Assembly (NCBI GenBank): GCA_020200235.1
Contig: JAIVJC010000008.1
Span: forward strand, 449-64,448
Direction: 5' to 3'
Length of the DNA stretch: 64,000 nt
Origin: Acidobacteriota bacterium
GTDB lineage: Bacteria > Acidobacteriota > Blastocatellia > Pyrinomonadales > Pyrinomonadaceae
In this document: piece by piece, positions 1 to 13,078 of the stretch
Position numbering within the stretch: position 1 is the stretch's first letter
How the letters are laid out: every line of letters begins with the position of its first letter
Program-made: the position numbers and the translations under genes
Notes under the pieces: generated by a model
The model's input: the letters and a program-made list of their open reading frames with translations, nothing else
Database searches by the model: none
Told to the model about the DNA's origin: nothing

Positions 1-117
1 GAGATCACCTACGACTACGGCAAGGAATATTTCGACGTTCACCTCAAGCCGGTCGGCTGCAAGTGCAAGAAGTGCGCTCCGGAGACGAGGGGTAAGAAGC
101 GAAGGCGGAAGTCTTGA
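1..117 (+). CDS. C-terminal fragment of a SET-domain protein-lysine methyltransferase (partial, cut by window edge)
   Basis: Frame 1 reads EITYDYGKEYFDVHLKPVGCKCKKCAPETRGKKRRRKS*. It has the SET E-[LI]-T-Y-D-Y motif followed by post-SET CxCxxC. Not in the ORF track. Confidence 0.8.
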   Translation, partial: EITYDYGKEYFDVHLKPVGCKCKKCAPETRGKKRRRKS

Positions 118-229
118 GTTGGAGACTCTGCCGCCCGACGACTCCTCCTGACGGATCAGCCTCCTGCCAAAACGAAGCGCGGCGCTCGCAACGGGCGCCG
201 CGCTTCACCCTTCTTCACGAACTCGCGAG

Positions 230-3361
<3,132 letters not shown>

Positions 3362-3432
3362 GACGGTTAACCCTCTCGACTTTATTTGAAAGCGATCCGG
3401 CTTGATTGAACGTGAACGAAGGCGGGCGCGTT

Positions 3433-3464
3433 GCCGGGCGCGGGCTTCACTGCCCGCGCCCGGC
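3433..3464. terminator. GC-rich stem-loop between the LolA-like gene and the BNR gene
   Basis: Perfect 13-bp stem gccgggcgcgggc-ttcact-gcccgcgcccggc; no clear U-tract. Confidence 0.35.
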
Positions 3465-3498
3465 GTCGCGTGTCATCAGTTGAGTATCGGTCGTGTGA

Positions 3499-4335
3499 CT
3501 AGCCGACCGGCGGCTTCTTGCCCGGCTCGGGCTTCTTGCCGGCGGGCTTCGTCTCGGACTCTTTGTTCTCGGGCTTCGCGGCGGGGGCGTTTCCCTCAGC
3601 CTTCTTCACTTCCGGCATCTTGAAGCGCGCGTCCTCGACAGCCGGGTTGATCTCGACCTTCTCGATGGTGATGCGCTGCCGCTGCGGGCTCCCCTTCTGC
3701 CCGGCTTCGAGCGAGTGCGGGATCATCAAGCCCTCGACCTCTTTGTAGTCGCCGCTGAACGACTCGGTCTCGACCTCCGAGCCGCGCACCATCCGCTTGC
3801 CCTCGGCCTTGACCGCGAGGAAGGTGTCGGCGTCCAGGTAGACGGTCTGAACGTCGCCGTTCTTGAGCGTGATCTTCAGCTTGTAGGCGTCGCTGCCCTC
3901 GACCTTGTCCTTGCCGATCAGCTCGACCTTGTGCCCCTTCGCTTTATAGTTGACGAGCGGACCTTCGACGAAGTCCGCCTCCTCCTCCATGTTCTTGCGC
4001 TCGTCTTCACCCATCGCCTCCGGGTTCTTGTTGCCCTGGAACGGCATGATCTGCCAGGCGTTCGCGCCGTCGTAAGCCTGGACGGCGGTCATGCCCTGCA
4101 ACGTGATCTCCAGCCGGACATTTTTAGGACGCTTGAACTCGATGATGGCTGGGGCTTCGATGCCGGGACCGACGGTCATCTTTCCCGTCAGGCGCATCGA
4201 CTTGACGGCGTTCAGCTTCGCCATGCCGCCCATCGCGGTGACGTGCTTGGCGATGATCTCATCAGCGGTCTGCGCCGTCGCGCTCACGGCTGCGAGCGCG
4301 ACGAAGGCGAAGGCGAAAAAACTCTTTCGGAACAT
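3499..4335 (-). CDS. Secreted LolA-like / outer-membrane lipoprotein-sorting-family protein
   Basis: Signal peptide MFRKSFFAFAFVALAAVSATAQ, TADEIIAKH...GG start, YDGxxAW, YLDADTFL and DYKEVEGLMIPH motifs; AAGGAG RBS. Confidence 0.7.
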   Translation of the reverse strand: MFRKSFFAFAFVALAAVSATAQTADEIIAKHVTAMGGMAKLNAVKSMRLTGKMTVGPGIEAPAIIEFKRPKNVRLEITLQGMTAVQAYDGANAWQIMPFQGNKNPEAMGEDERKNMEEEADFVEGPLVNYKAKGHKVELIGKDKVEGSDAYKLKITLKNGDVQTVYLDADTFLAVKAEGKRMVRGSEVETESFSGDYKEVEGLMIPHSLEAGQKGSPQRQRITIEKVEINPAVEDARFKMPEVKKAEGNAPAAKPENKESETKPAGKKPEPGKKPPVG

Positions 4336-4547
4336 TCTGGACTCTCCTTGTTAACTTCAGGACTGTTTATCGGCTGATCGCAGTGGCGACATGACAAGCC
4401 TGGCGAGGCGCCGCGCGCGGGGAGAATAATCTTGATCCGTTCGAAGCCCTCCGCGCTCCCCGTCGTGCCCGGTTGCACCATCAAGTACGGGAGGGAGGGG
4501 GCGAAAGTTTCGCTTCCGCCGGGGCGTTTGGGAGGCTTCAGGTGACG

Positions 4548-5933
4548 TTATTTTTCGACCGCGTAGCCGGCGTTGACGTAAGCGGAGGTGCCGCCCGCGA
4601 CGTTGAAGATTTTCGCGAAGCCGCGCGGGGCGAGCAGGCTCGTCGCCGCGCTCGAGCGGTAGCCGCCCGCGCAGACGACGGCGAGCGGGCGCGACGGATC
4701 GAGACCTTCGAGCGCGTTCTGCCGAAGCTCCGCGAGCGGCGCGGGGACGGCGCGGGGGACGTGACCGTCGGCGTACTCCGCGGGTCGGCGCACGTCGAGT
4801 ATTTGCAGGTCTTCGCCCGACTCGATGCGGCGGCTCAGATCCTCCACGGTGATTTGCGGAACCTCCGCCGTCTCGTACCCGGCGGCGCGCCACGCCTCAA
4901 CGCCGCCGCCGAGGAAGCCCTCGACCGTTTCGAGACCGACGCGCGCGAGGCGCATCACGGCTTCGACAACTTTGTCCTCCCCGTCCGCAACGACGATGAG
5001 CTTCTGCCCCGGCTCGATCAGGCTCGCCGCCCAGATCGCGAACTGCCCTCCGAGTCCGACGTTGAGCGCGCCCGGAACGTGACCCGCGCCGAACTCGGCG
5101 GCACTGCGAACGTCGAGGACGAGGCGATCTTGACTTTCAAGCTCCTTCACTTCCCGCGGCGGGAGAGCGCGCGGTCGGGGCACGTCGGCGAGCGCGGGCG
5201 CGCCCGCGCGGTTGATCTCCGCGTCGCGCGAGAAGTACGAAGGCGCGGGCGCGAGGTCGGTTGTCATCTTCCGCACGAACTCCTCCTTCGGCATCGGCGC
5301 GAGCGCGTAGTTGAAGCGGCGCTGCTGCCCGATGGTGGAAGAAGTCTCCTTCGAGATGTTGCGCCCGCACATCGAGCCCGCGCCGTGCGCGGGGAACACC
5401 TCCACCGCGTCGTCGAGCTTGAGGAGCTTGCCGTGCAGGCTCTCGTAGAGCATTGCCGCCATCGCCTCGCTCGTGAAGCCGCGCGAGCCCGCGAGATCGG
5501 GTCGCCCCACGTCGCCGACGAAGAGAGTGTCGCCCGTCAAAACTTTCTGCGGCTCGTCGGAAACTTCGTGATCGACGACGAGCACCGAAACGCCTTCCGG
5601 CGTGTGCCCCGGAGTTTCGAGGAAGCGCAGGGTGACGTTGCCGACGCGAAGCTCGTCACCTTCGCCGGCGGCGCGGTGCGGGAACGTCGCGCCGGCGCGG
5701 CGGCCGATGACGATCTCCGCGCCAGTGCGCGCCGCCAGCTCGCAGTGGCCGCTAACGAAATCGGCGTGGAGGTGCGTCTCGACGATGTACCTGATCGCGA
5801 GCCCCTGCCGCGCCGCCTCCTCGAGGTACTGCTCGACGTCGCGCTGCGGATCGACGACCACAGCCTCGCCCTCCGAGCCGATCATGTAGGAGGCGTGCGC
5901 CAGACATCCGAGGTAGAACTGTTTGAAGTACAT
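4548..5933 (-). CDS. MBL-fold persulfide dioxygenase-like hydrolase fused to two rhodanese domains
   Basis: ETHLHADFVSG, TPGHT, TGDTLFVGDVGRPDL and PAHGAGSxCG motifs; two LDVR..GHVP rhodanese repeats, the second with the CAGGYRS active loop. Confidence 0.9.
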   Translation of the reverse strand: MYFKQFYLGCLAHASYMIGSEGEAVVVDPQRDVEQYLEEAARQGLAIRYIVETHLHADFVSGHCELAARTGAEIVIGRRAGATFPHRAAGEGDELRVGNVTLRFLETPGHTPEGVSVLVVDHEVSDEPQKVLTGDTLFVGDVGRPDLAGSRGFTSEAMAAMLYESLHGKLLKLDDAVEVFPAHGAGSMCGRNISKETSSTIGQQRRFNYALAPMPKEEFVRKMTTDLAPAPSYFSRDAEINRAGAPALADVPRPRALPPREVKELESQDRLVLDVRSAAEFGAGHVPGALNVGLGGQFAIWAASLIEPGQKLIVVADGEDKVVEAVMRLARVGLETVEGFLGGGVEAWRAAGYETAEVPQITVEDLSRRIESGEDLQILDVRRPAEYADGHVPRAVPAPLAELRQNALEGLDPSRPLAVVCAGGYRSSAATSLLAPRGFAKIFNVAGGTSAYVNAGYAVEK

Positions 5934-5986
5934 GAGAGCTGTCCCAGATTCAGCGCGGAGTCGGCGCGGAATGCGACCGACGACCT

Positions 5987-6964
5987 CTACTTCCGCGTGT
6001 AGCCCGCCGGGTAATCGAGCTGCGCGCCTTCGAGAGTCGCTTCGAGCTTGATCTTGTGGAAACCTTTTTCCGCGTGCGTCGAGAGGTAGGTGAGCGCGAT
6101 CAGGTTGCCGAGTTTGTCGCCGATCTCGCGCAGGAACGGATCGAAGCTGACGGCTGCGCCAAATCCCTGGAAGAAGGACTTGCCGCCCGTCTCTTCCGAG
6201 AGGCGGGAGAGAGCGCCCTGCGCGTTGTTGACGAGCGAGGGGCTGCCGCCGGTGTTGGCGGTCGGAGCGTAGATCGAGTAGACGGCGACGCCCCGCCGCT
6301 GCGCCTCGTCGATGGCGCGTTGGAGATCGGTGCTTTGCGAGGCGGCGGAGTTCTCGACGCCGCGCGAGATGTCGAGACCGTCCGTGACGGCGAGGACTGC
6401 GCGCCGCCCGACGGGCTGCGACTGGTAGCGCTTGAGGGCTTCGACGATGGTCGCGTAAGGGTTGTAGGGACCGACGGCGGGCGTGCCGCCGGGGATGCGC
6501 AGCGCCTTCGCCGCGCGTTCCAGATCGGTCGTGAACCTCTGCCTGATCTGGACTGATCCGACGCGCAAGTAGCCGACCGAGACGTAAGAGCCTTCGGGAA
6601 GACGGCGAATGAAATTGGCGAGCGTGGCGATCTCGTTCGCCGCGGGCGGGACGAGATCGTCCTGAACGAGCACGGTGAGGTAGAGCGGCGCGTGCTCCGC
6701 CTGGCTGCGTGTCGAAAGTATCTCCTGCCGCTCGCCGTCTTCGAGCAGCGAGAGACCGAGCGGGCGGAGCTCCTCGCTCCCGCCGCGCTGCGGCGGCACC
6801 TTCACCATCACCGGGATCGTCACGGAGCGGACGGCTCCGCGCCGCTCGCGACGCTCGTCGCCCGCACGTAAGGCCCCCTGGGCGGCGACCACTTGCGCCG
6901 CCAAGAGCCCGAAGGCGAGCGCGGCGAGATAGGTCGTCGCCTTCGACATAGGATTCCGACTCAT
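5987..6964 (-). CDS. VWA-domain secreted protein (acidobacterial type)
   Basis: Signal peptide; RRAVLAVTDGLD, AVYSIY and LSEETGGKSF motifs typical of VWFA-related proteins. Confidence 0.7.
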   Translation of the reverse strand: MSRNPMSKATTYLAALAFGLLAAQVVAAQGALRAGDERRERRGAVRSVTIPVMVKVPPQRGGSEELRPLGLSLLEDGERQEILSTRSQAEHAPLYLTVLVQDDLVPPAANEIATLANFIRRLPEGSYVSVGYLRVGSVQIRQRFTTDLERAAKALRIPGGTPAVGPYNPYATIVEALKRYQSQPVGRRAVLAVTDGLDISRGVENSAASQSTDLQRAIDEAQRRGVAVYSIYAPTANTGGSPSLVNNAQGALSRLSEETGGKSFFQGFGAAVSFDPFLREIGDKLGNLIALTYLSTHAEKGFHKIKLEATLEGAQLDYPAGYTRK

Positions 6965-7087
6965 CGAGACTCCTCCCGGATCAACTCTGCGACATCGCGG
7001 GTGATTATAAACCCTCGCTACGCCCTCTGGCGATCAAGGCAGGTCGGCGCCCACACGCCGGGCGAGCCGCGGGCGACGCGGCTCATC

Positions 7088-7957
7088 TCATCCCGCCCCA
7101 CGAAGCCGCTCGTCGAAATCCGTCAACCGGTACATGCCTTCCTCGATCCGCGCGGCGTAGCCCTCTCGCACGAGCGCGTGGTTGCCGAGACCCGCGTCGG
7201 GTCGCGACAGACCCGTGACGCGCGCGAGCTCGCCGCGCGTCGTCATGCCCGCCCCGTCAAGAAAAGCGCGCGCGATCTCGCGAAGCGCCACGCCGCGCGT
7301 GACGCGCACCTTCAACTGCGCGGCGAATCGTCCCTCGGCGAGCGTCCACACGTAGGTAAACCAGGGCTCGTAGAGCACGTCTTCGGGCACGACCTTCATC
7401 ATGCGCTGCAACTCTTCGAGGGAGCGCGTCAGGCGTGCGCGATCCATCTTCGTCTCTTCGCGCAGATCGCTCGTCGCCATCTCCCACTCCCGGCGCAGCA
7501 CGCGCAGCACGGCGCGCGCGTCCGCCGACAGTCGTGCGGCTTCCTGCCCGCGCGGGACGCCCCACAGCGCGTTGAAGTATGGGACGAGGCGCGGCGCGAC
7601 GAACGTCGCGCGCCCCTTCGCGAGTTTCGCGTAGTAGACCTGACCGCGGCGCATCACCTCGTCTTTGATCGTCCACGTGAGGCTGCTCTCGGGGTCTTTC
7701 TGGACGTTGCGCGGCATGAAGGCGTCGCGCCTGCCGCAGACGGCGACGTAGAGCGACGCTCCGGGGCGCCGCGAGTCGGTCATCGCGGTGCAAAAGCCCG
7801 CCGCTTCGATGAGACTCTCCGCTTCCGCCGCCGTCTCGACGCGCCGCTCCGGCTCGCGCCGCCACGCGCGGTCGCGGAACGCTTCGACCTCTTCGGGCAG
7901 CGCCGTAGGAATCTTCATTCGTCTGCGAATTGGTGTCGCCATCACCTGTGCGCTCAC
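7088..7957 (-). CDS. AlkZ/YcaQ-related winged-helix protein (putative DNA glycosylase-like)
   Basis: W-x2-KD...VYYAKL..GRATFV, then a wHTH-like segment and ELQR-x-M-x-V. Family recalled from motifs; start codon uncertain. Confidence 0.55.
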   Translation of the reverse strand: MSAQVMATPIRRRMKIPTALPEEVEAFRDRAWRREPERRVETAAEAESLIEAAGFCTAMTDSRRPGASLYVAVCGRRDAFMPRNVQKDPESSLTWTIKDEVMRRGQVYYAKLAKGRATFVAPRLVPYFNALWGVPRGQEAARLSADARAVLRVLRREWEMATSDLREETKMDRARLTRSLEELQRMMKVVPEDVLYEPWFTYVWTLAEGRFAAQLKVRVTRGVALREIARAFLDGAGMTTRGELARVTGLSRPDAGLGNHALVREGYAARIEEGMYRLTDFDERLRGAG

Positions 7958-8077
7958 GCGGTGAGCTCAATCACCCTGACTGATGAATTCTCTCACGATG
8001 ACCGCCACGCTGACCGATCTGCGCGCCGTGGCGGCGGAAAAGGCTCATCTTTCAGCCGAAAACGCGTAATGCGCGAT

Positions 8078-8092
8078 TGGCATGGTCGTTGC
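8078..8092 (+). promoter_or_regulatory. Putative sigma-54 (-24/-12) promoter for the S8 protease gene
   Basis: TGGCATGGTCGTTGC matches consensus TGGCAC-N5-TTGC with exact GG-N10-GC spacing, about 60 bp upstream of the ATG. Confidence 0.65.
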
Positions 8093-8152
8093 CAAATCAG
8101 GGTGGCGCATTAGGACTGTCTTGCGTTCGCGCCGACCGGAAAAATCTAGCAG

Positions 8153-10087
8153 ATGAAAAGCCCAGAGAAACTGATCATGGGTATCCCACGCCGCCATCGT
8201 AGGACAACACTCAAATCGCTGTTCACGTTACTCCTCTGCCTTGTCGCGGGCATTATCCTCGCGGACCGCTCGGCGCACAAAGCGTCAGCCGGTGGTTCCC
8301 ACGACAAGATTTCCGCCGATCTGAAGAAGAAGATTCAGACCACGAACAGCGGTGACATGATCGATGTCATCGTCGTCCCTGTGGGCGGGTGGAATGGCAC
8401 GCTTGATTCAGAGGTGGGAAACAACTCCGGGAAGATCAAAAAGAATTTCAGCAAGCTCAACTCGCGCCCGGTGCAAATGCCGGCCTACGCGATCAGCAAT
8501 CTGGCGAAAAGCCCCGACGTTGATTATGTGGCGCTCGACCGCCCGCTCAAGTCGCTCGGTCACGTCTCATTGACGACGGGCACTGACGCCGCGCGCTCGC
8601 TCGGCATCTTGACGAAGTACGAAGGCACGGGCGTCGGCATCGCCGTCATCGACTCCGGCATCTATGTCAACCATGCCTCGTTCGGGGGTCGCGTTGCCTT
8701 TAGCAAGGACTTCACGGGCGAGGGGCGCACGGACGACCCCTACGGGCACGGCACGCACGTCGCCTCCATCGCCGCCGGCAACGGAGCCGTGTCGAGCGGC
8801 GCATACCAGGGTATCGCCTCGAACTCCAAGATCGTCAGCCTGCGCGTGCTTGATTCGCAGGGTCGAGGCTCTGTCTCCAGCCTGCTCGGTGCGCTCGATT
8901 GGGTGCTTGCCAACCGAGCCGCCCACAACATCCGCGTCGTCAACATCAGCCTCGGCACGACCGCCATCGACTCGTACCTATATGACCCCCTCTGCCAGGC
9001 GGCGCGCCGCCTCGTGAACGCCGGGGTTGTCGTCGTCGCCGCCTCCGGCAACGAGGGCAAAGACGGATCGGGGCGCGAAATCTACGGCCAGGTCCACTCG
9101 CCAGGCAACGAGCCCTCTGTCATCACGGTCGGCGCGTCGAACTCCTTTGGCTCCGACTTGCGCAGTGACGACATAGTGACCACTTACAGCTCGCGTGGCC
9201 CGACGCGCAGCTTCTGGAGCGACCCGAATGGCACACGCCATTACGACAACCTGATCAAACCGGATCTAGTCGCGCCCGGCAACAAGATCATCGCCGCGCA
9301 GTCGCCCGGCAACTACCTCGTCCTGAACAACCCTTCGCTCGACGCCAACGTGAGTGGATCGGACACCCGCGCGCAGATGTACCTGAGCGGCACGTCGATG
9401 GCTGCGCCAGTTGTCTCCGGCGCCGCGGCGATGATGTTGCAAGCCAACCCGTCTCTCACCCCGAACCTCGTCAAGGCGATACTCTCTTACACGGCGCAGC
9501 CGCTCATGGGCTTCAACCCTCTACAGCAGGGCGCTGGCGAGATCAACGTCGAGGGCGCGGTGCGCATGGCGAAGGCTGTGCGGTCGGACTTGGGCCTCGT
9601 CAATCTCGTAATCGGCTCGCCACTGCTCTGCCCCGGCTGCTCGCTCCCGACCCAGCAGACGACGATAGCGGGCTTCAGCTTCCAATGGTCGCAGGGCGTC
9701 ATCTTCGATCAGACTTACGGCACGGGCGCCACCCTGATGACGCAGTACCAGAAGGTCTACGCGCTCGGCGTCCTGATGGGCGACGCCACGGTCGAGAGCA
9801 ACGGGGTCCTCATCGGTGACGGTGTCTTGATCGGCGACGGCGTGCTGATGGGCGACACACTCCTCACCAGCGACGGCACGACCATGAACGGCGGGACGTA
9901 TTTCTACGGGACGGGTGTCCTCATCGGCGACGGCGTCTTGCTCGGCGACGGCGTCCTCATCGGCGACGGAGTGCTGATGGGCGACGGAGTGCTGATGGGC
10001 GACGGAGTGCTGATAGGAGATGTGGCATCGCAGGCCGCGCACGCACTTACACACGGCGACGCGACGGCGTGCATGGTCGCCAACTAA
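8153..10087 (+). CDS. Secreted S8 (subtilisin, AprX-like) serine peptidase with C-terminal GVL[IML]GD repeats
   Basis: Signal peptide, prodomain, catalytic motifs IAVIDSG / HGTHVA / SGTSMAAP, oxyanion ASGN. Confidence 0.92.
   Translation: MKSPEKLIMGIPRRHRRTTLKSLFTLLLCLVAGIILADRSAHKASAGGSHDKISADLKKKIQTTNSGDMIDVIVVPVGGWNGTLDSEVGNNSGKIKKNFSKLNSRPVQMPAYAISNLAKSPDVDYVALDRPLKSLGHVSLTTGTDAARSLGILTKYEGTGVGIAVIDSGIYVNHASFGGRVAFSKDFTGEGRTDDPYGHGTHVASIAAGNGAVSSGAYQGIASNSKIVSLRVLDSQGRGSVSSLLGALDWVLANRAAHNIRVVNISLGTTAIDSYLYDPLCQAARRLVNAGVVVVAASGNEGKDGSGREIYGQVHSPGNEPSVITVGASNSFGSDLRSDDIVTTYSSRGPTRSFWSDPNGTRHYDNLIKPDLVAPGNKIIAAQSPGNYLVLNNPSLDANVSGSDTRAQMYLSGTSMAAPVVSGAAAMMLQANPSLTPNLVKAILSYTAQPLMGFNPLQQGAGEINVEGAVRMAKAVRSDLGLVNLVIGSPLLCPGCSLPTQQTTIAGFSFQWSQGVIFDQTYGTGATLMTQYQKVYALGVLMGDATVESNGVLIGDGVLIGDGVLMGDTLLTSDGTTMNGGTYFYGTGVLIGDGVLLGDGVLIGDGVLMGDGVLMGDGVLIGDVASQAAHALTHGDATACMVAN
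9767..10021 (+). repeat. Ten coding 18-bp repeats encoding GVL[I/M/L]GD (blocks of 1, 3 and 6)
   Basis: GVLMGD...GVLIGDGVLIGDGVLMGD...GVLIGDGVLLGDGVLIGDGVLMGDGVLMGDGVLIGD; synonymous codon differences between copies. Confidence 0.95.
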
Positions 10088-10434
10088 CCCCGCGCGAGCG
10101 ACCTCCTGATGAAAACCGCAGTTTGGGCGCGGGAGCTGACGGGAAAATGCAGACGTGAGCTCCTTGAGAATGAGAAGCAGTTCCGGCATGGGCGCCGCGC
10201 GACATTCGCGCGGCGCCCACGCCCCTCTTCCGCCCGCCGCTCTTTTCCTGACCCACGCCCTCGATCACTGATGACGACCCTAAAGCTCTGATGCGAGCGC
10301 CTTCGACGGCGAGAAAAGTTTTTCTCACACACCGCGCCCCATTTGATACTATCGATCACGGCGGCTCTCAGCCGCCTCCTTGCCACGCCCTTCCTCCCTC
10401 GACACTTAAGGTGACCCGGAGACGCTCCCAGATC

Positions 10435-12399
10435 ATGGAGAACGGAAGCACACGCCGTTTCACACAGCCCTTCCTGCGGACGATTATCGTCCTCGGCGTG
10501 GTGGCTTACCTCCTCTCGCTCGGCTTCCTGCCCTTCTCGCGCCTCGACTCGCGCTTCCTCATCCTCGCGCTGCTCACGCTCGGCATCGGCTCGCGCTTCA
10601 GCATCAAGATTCCGCGCGTCAGCGCACACATCTCCGTCTCCGACTCCTTCATCTTCCTCACGCTCCTGCTCTTCGGCGGCGAGGCGGCGGTCATCGTCGC
10701 CGCGCTCGACGGGCTCTTCACCTCGCTGCGCTTTAGCCGCAAGCCCACCACGCTCCTCTTCAACGCGGCGGTCGTCGCCTTCTCCACCTTCGCTACGGCG
10801 GAGCTCCTCTGGTGGAGCGTGGGCGACGTGGTCGCCCTCACGAGCGAGCGTTACACGCCGCTCTACATCCTCGCACTGAGCGTGATGGCGTTCGGGCAGT
10901 ACGTCTTCAACTCAGGCATCGTCGCCGTCTGCGGCGCGATCAAGGACGGGCGACCCGTCTGGCAGACTTGGAGCAGGAACTACCTCTGGACTTCCGTCAC
11001 CTACTTCGCGGGCGCGTTCGCCGCTGGCGCCCTCGCCAAGCTCGTCGGGTTCGTCGGCTTCTACGCCTTCGTCGGCACGCTGCCCATCCTCGGCATCGTC
11101 TACTTCACCTACCTGACCTACCTCAAGCACGTCGAGACTTCCGCCGCGCAAGCCGAGCAGGCGGAGCGCCACGTCGAGGAGTTGTCGCACCACATCGCCG
11201 AACAGGATCGGCTGAGGCGCGAGCAGGAGGAGATGCGCGAGCAATTCACGCAGCTCGAAAAAATGTCCGCGCTCGGCGAGCTGGCTTCGGGCGTCGCCCA
11301 CGACTTCAACAACACCCTCGCGGGCGTCCTCGGTCGCGCGCAACTGATGATGCGCACCTCCGACCCGGAGAAGATCAAAAAGGGCTTGCAGATCATCATC
11401 AAGACGGCGGAGGACGGCGCGCGCACGGTCAAGCGTATTCAGGACTTCGCGCGCCAGAGGCGAAGCCAGGACTTCGAGCCCGTCGCCACCGATCAACTCC
11501 TGCTCGACGTGAAGGACATGACGAGCCCGCGCTGGAAGGACAGCGCCGAGGCTCGCGACGCCTACGTCCGCGTCGTGCTCAGGATCAAATCAAACTCTTT
11601 CGTCATGGGCGACGAGTCGGAGCTGCGCGAGGTGCTCGTCAACATGGTCTTCAACGCCGTCGACGCGATGCCGCACGGCGGCACGCTCACGCTCGCGTCG
11701 CGCGACGAGGGCGACCACGTTCTCGTCAGCGTCTCGGACACCGGCTGCGGGATGAGTCAGGAAGTGCGCTCGCGCATCTTCGATCCGTTCTTCACGACGA
11801 AGGGCAAGGCGGGGATGGGGCTCGGTCTCGCCGTCTCCTACGGCATCGTCCGCAGGCACGAGGGCGCGGTCGAAGTGCAGTCAGAGGTGAATGAGGGGAC
11901 GACCTTCACGATCCGCTTGCCTATAGCGCACGGCGTGCGTCAGCCCGAAGCCGTCGAGGATGTCTCAGCCGCCGCCGACGCCCCCGCGGCGAGCGCGGGG
12001 AAGCGCACGCGCGTCCTCGTCGTCGACGACGAAGATCACGTCCGCGATCTGCTCGCGGACATTCTCGAATCAGAGGGCTGTGAGGTTGTGACCTGCGCGA
12101 GCGGCAACGAGGCTGCCGCGATCATCGGCGCGGGCGGGTTCGACGCCGTCTTCACAGACATCGGCATGCCGGGCATGAGCGGCTGGGAGCTGGCGCGGAT
12201 CGTGCGAGAGCACGACGCGGACATTCCGGTCGCCGTGATAACCGGCTGGGGGGAGTCCGTGGGCTCAGACCAGCAGCAGGCTGCGCGCGTCGATTGGGTT
12301 GTGTCGAAGCCGTTCTCGATGAAGCGGATCGTGGAAATCGTGCGCGAGATCGAGCAGCGCGATAAATCAGCGCGCGACGCTCAACTAGCCGCCGCCTGA
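10435..12399 (+). CDS. Hybrid sensor histidine kinase: multi-TM N-terminal sensor, HisKA/HATPase and C-terminal receiver
   Basis: About 7-8 hydrophobic helices, H-box AHDFNN, N-box NMVFNAVDAM, DTGCGM, FDPFFTTK, GMGLGL; receiver VVDDE/TDIGMP/SKPF. Start moved to MENGST at 10435. Confidence 0.9.
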   Translation: MENGSTRRFTQPFLRTIIVLGVVAYLLSLGFLPFSRLDSRFLILALLTLGIGSRFSIKIPRVSAHISVSDSFIFLTLLLFGGEAAVIVAALDGLFTSLRFSRKPTTLLFNAAVVAFSTFATAELLWWSVGDVVALTSERYTPLYILALSVMAFGQYVFNSGIVAVCGAIKDGRPVWQTWSRNYLWTSVTYFAGAFAAGALAKLVGFVGFYAFVGTLPILGIVYFTYLTYLKHVETSAAQAEQAERHVEELSHHIAEQDRLRREQEEMREQFTQLEKMSALGELASGVAHDFNNTLAGVLGRAQLMMRTSDPEKIKKGLQIIIKTAEDGARTVKRIQDFARQRRSQDFEPVATDQLLLDVKDMTSPRWKDSAEARDAYVRVVLRIKSNSFVMGDESELREVLVNMVFNAVDAMPHGGTLTLASRDEGDHVLVSVSDTGCGMSQEVRSRIFDPFFTTKGKAGMGLGLAVSYGIVRRHEGAVEVQSEVNEGTTFTIRLPIAHGVRQPEAVEDVSAAADAPAASAGKRTRVLVVDDEDHVRDLLADILESEGCEVVTCASGNEAAAIIGAGGFDAVFTDIGMPGMSGWELARIVREHDADIPVAVITGWGESVGSDQQQAARVDWVVSKPFSMKRIVEIVREIEQRDKSARDAQLAAA

Positions 12400-12443
12400 T
12401 CCCGCGGCGCTCGTCGGCGCCCCGCCCTTTTCCGTATTACAGA

Positions 12444-12836
12444 TCAAGCAGGCTGGTCTTGACCCGACAGCCACAGCCTCCGCTGCTTGATCGCGCCCTC
12501 GACCCGTTCCTCGACCTCTTCGCTGCGGAAGGGCTTCACCAGGCAGGCATAAGCTCCGAGTTTGAGCATCCCCCTCGCGTGCTCCTCGTCGCCGATGCCC
12601 GAGATGATGATGACGGGCGTGTACGGCTGCTGCTGGCGGACGTGCCCGAGTAGTTCGACTCCGCTAATGCCGGGCATCGAGATGTCTGTGAGCACCACGT
12701 CGTAGGTGTCTTCGGCGAGCCAGACGAGCGCCTGCTCTGCGGTCTCAGCCACGTGGCAGAGATGCCCTTCCGAAAAGAGATCGTAGAGTGTGTCGCGGAT
12801 GGCTTCGTCGTCGTCGACGATGAGGATTGCTGCCAT
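12444..12836 (-). CDS. Single-domain response regulator (receiver only)
   Basis: ILIVDDD, LTDISMPG, IIISG and VKPF motifs in 130 aa. Confidence 0.88.
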   Translation of the reverse strand: MAAILIVDDDEAIRDTLYDLFSEGHLCHVAETAEQALVWLAEDTYDVVLTDISMPGISGVELLGHVRQQQPYTPVIIISGIGDEEHARGMLKLGAYACLVKPFRSEEVEERVEGAIKQRRLWLSGQDQPA

Positions 12837-13078
12837 GAGGTTTCTCTGCGCGCGCGGGGCGGGTCGGCGACCGCGCGCGGCGCGTTTATCCCTTCGGAGA
12901 ATTAGCGGAGTGCAGGTAGACCTTATGCGGGTGCGGGCTGGACGCCCTTCTTCATCGGAAAACGCACGCCCCGCGGAAAAATAATACGCGATCGCGCGCG
13001 GAATCGTTACCCGATTCGGAGTGAGTTTGCATTAACTGCTCCGGCGATTTTTACTCCAACAGTTGCACGCAATGACTG

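Noticed and set aside
9767..10021. GDGVL repeats as a DNA-level VNTR or CRISPR
   Set aside because: They are in-frame coding repeats with synonymous variation, so selection acts on the protein.
10184..10198. Second GG-N10-GC motif upstream of the kinase
   Set aside because: CGGCATGGGCGCCGC lacks the conserved TTGC and is likely chance in GC-rich DNA.
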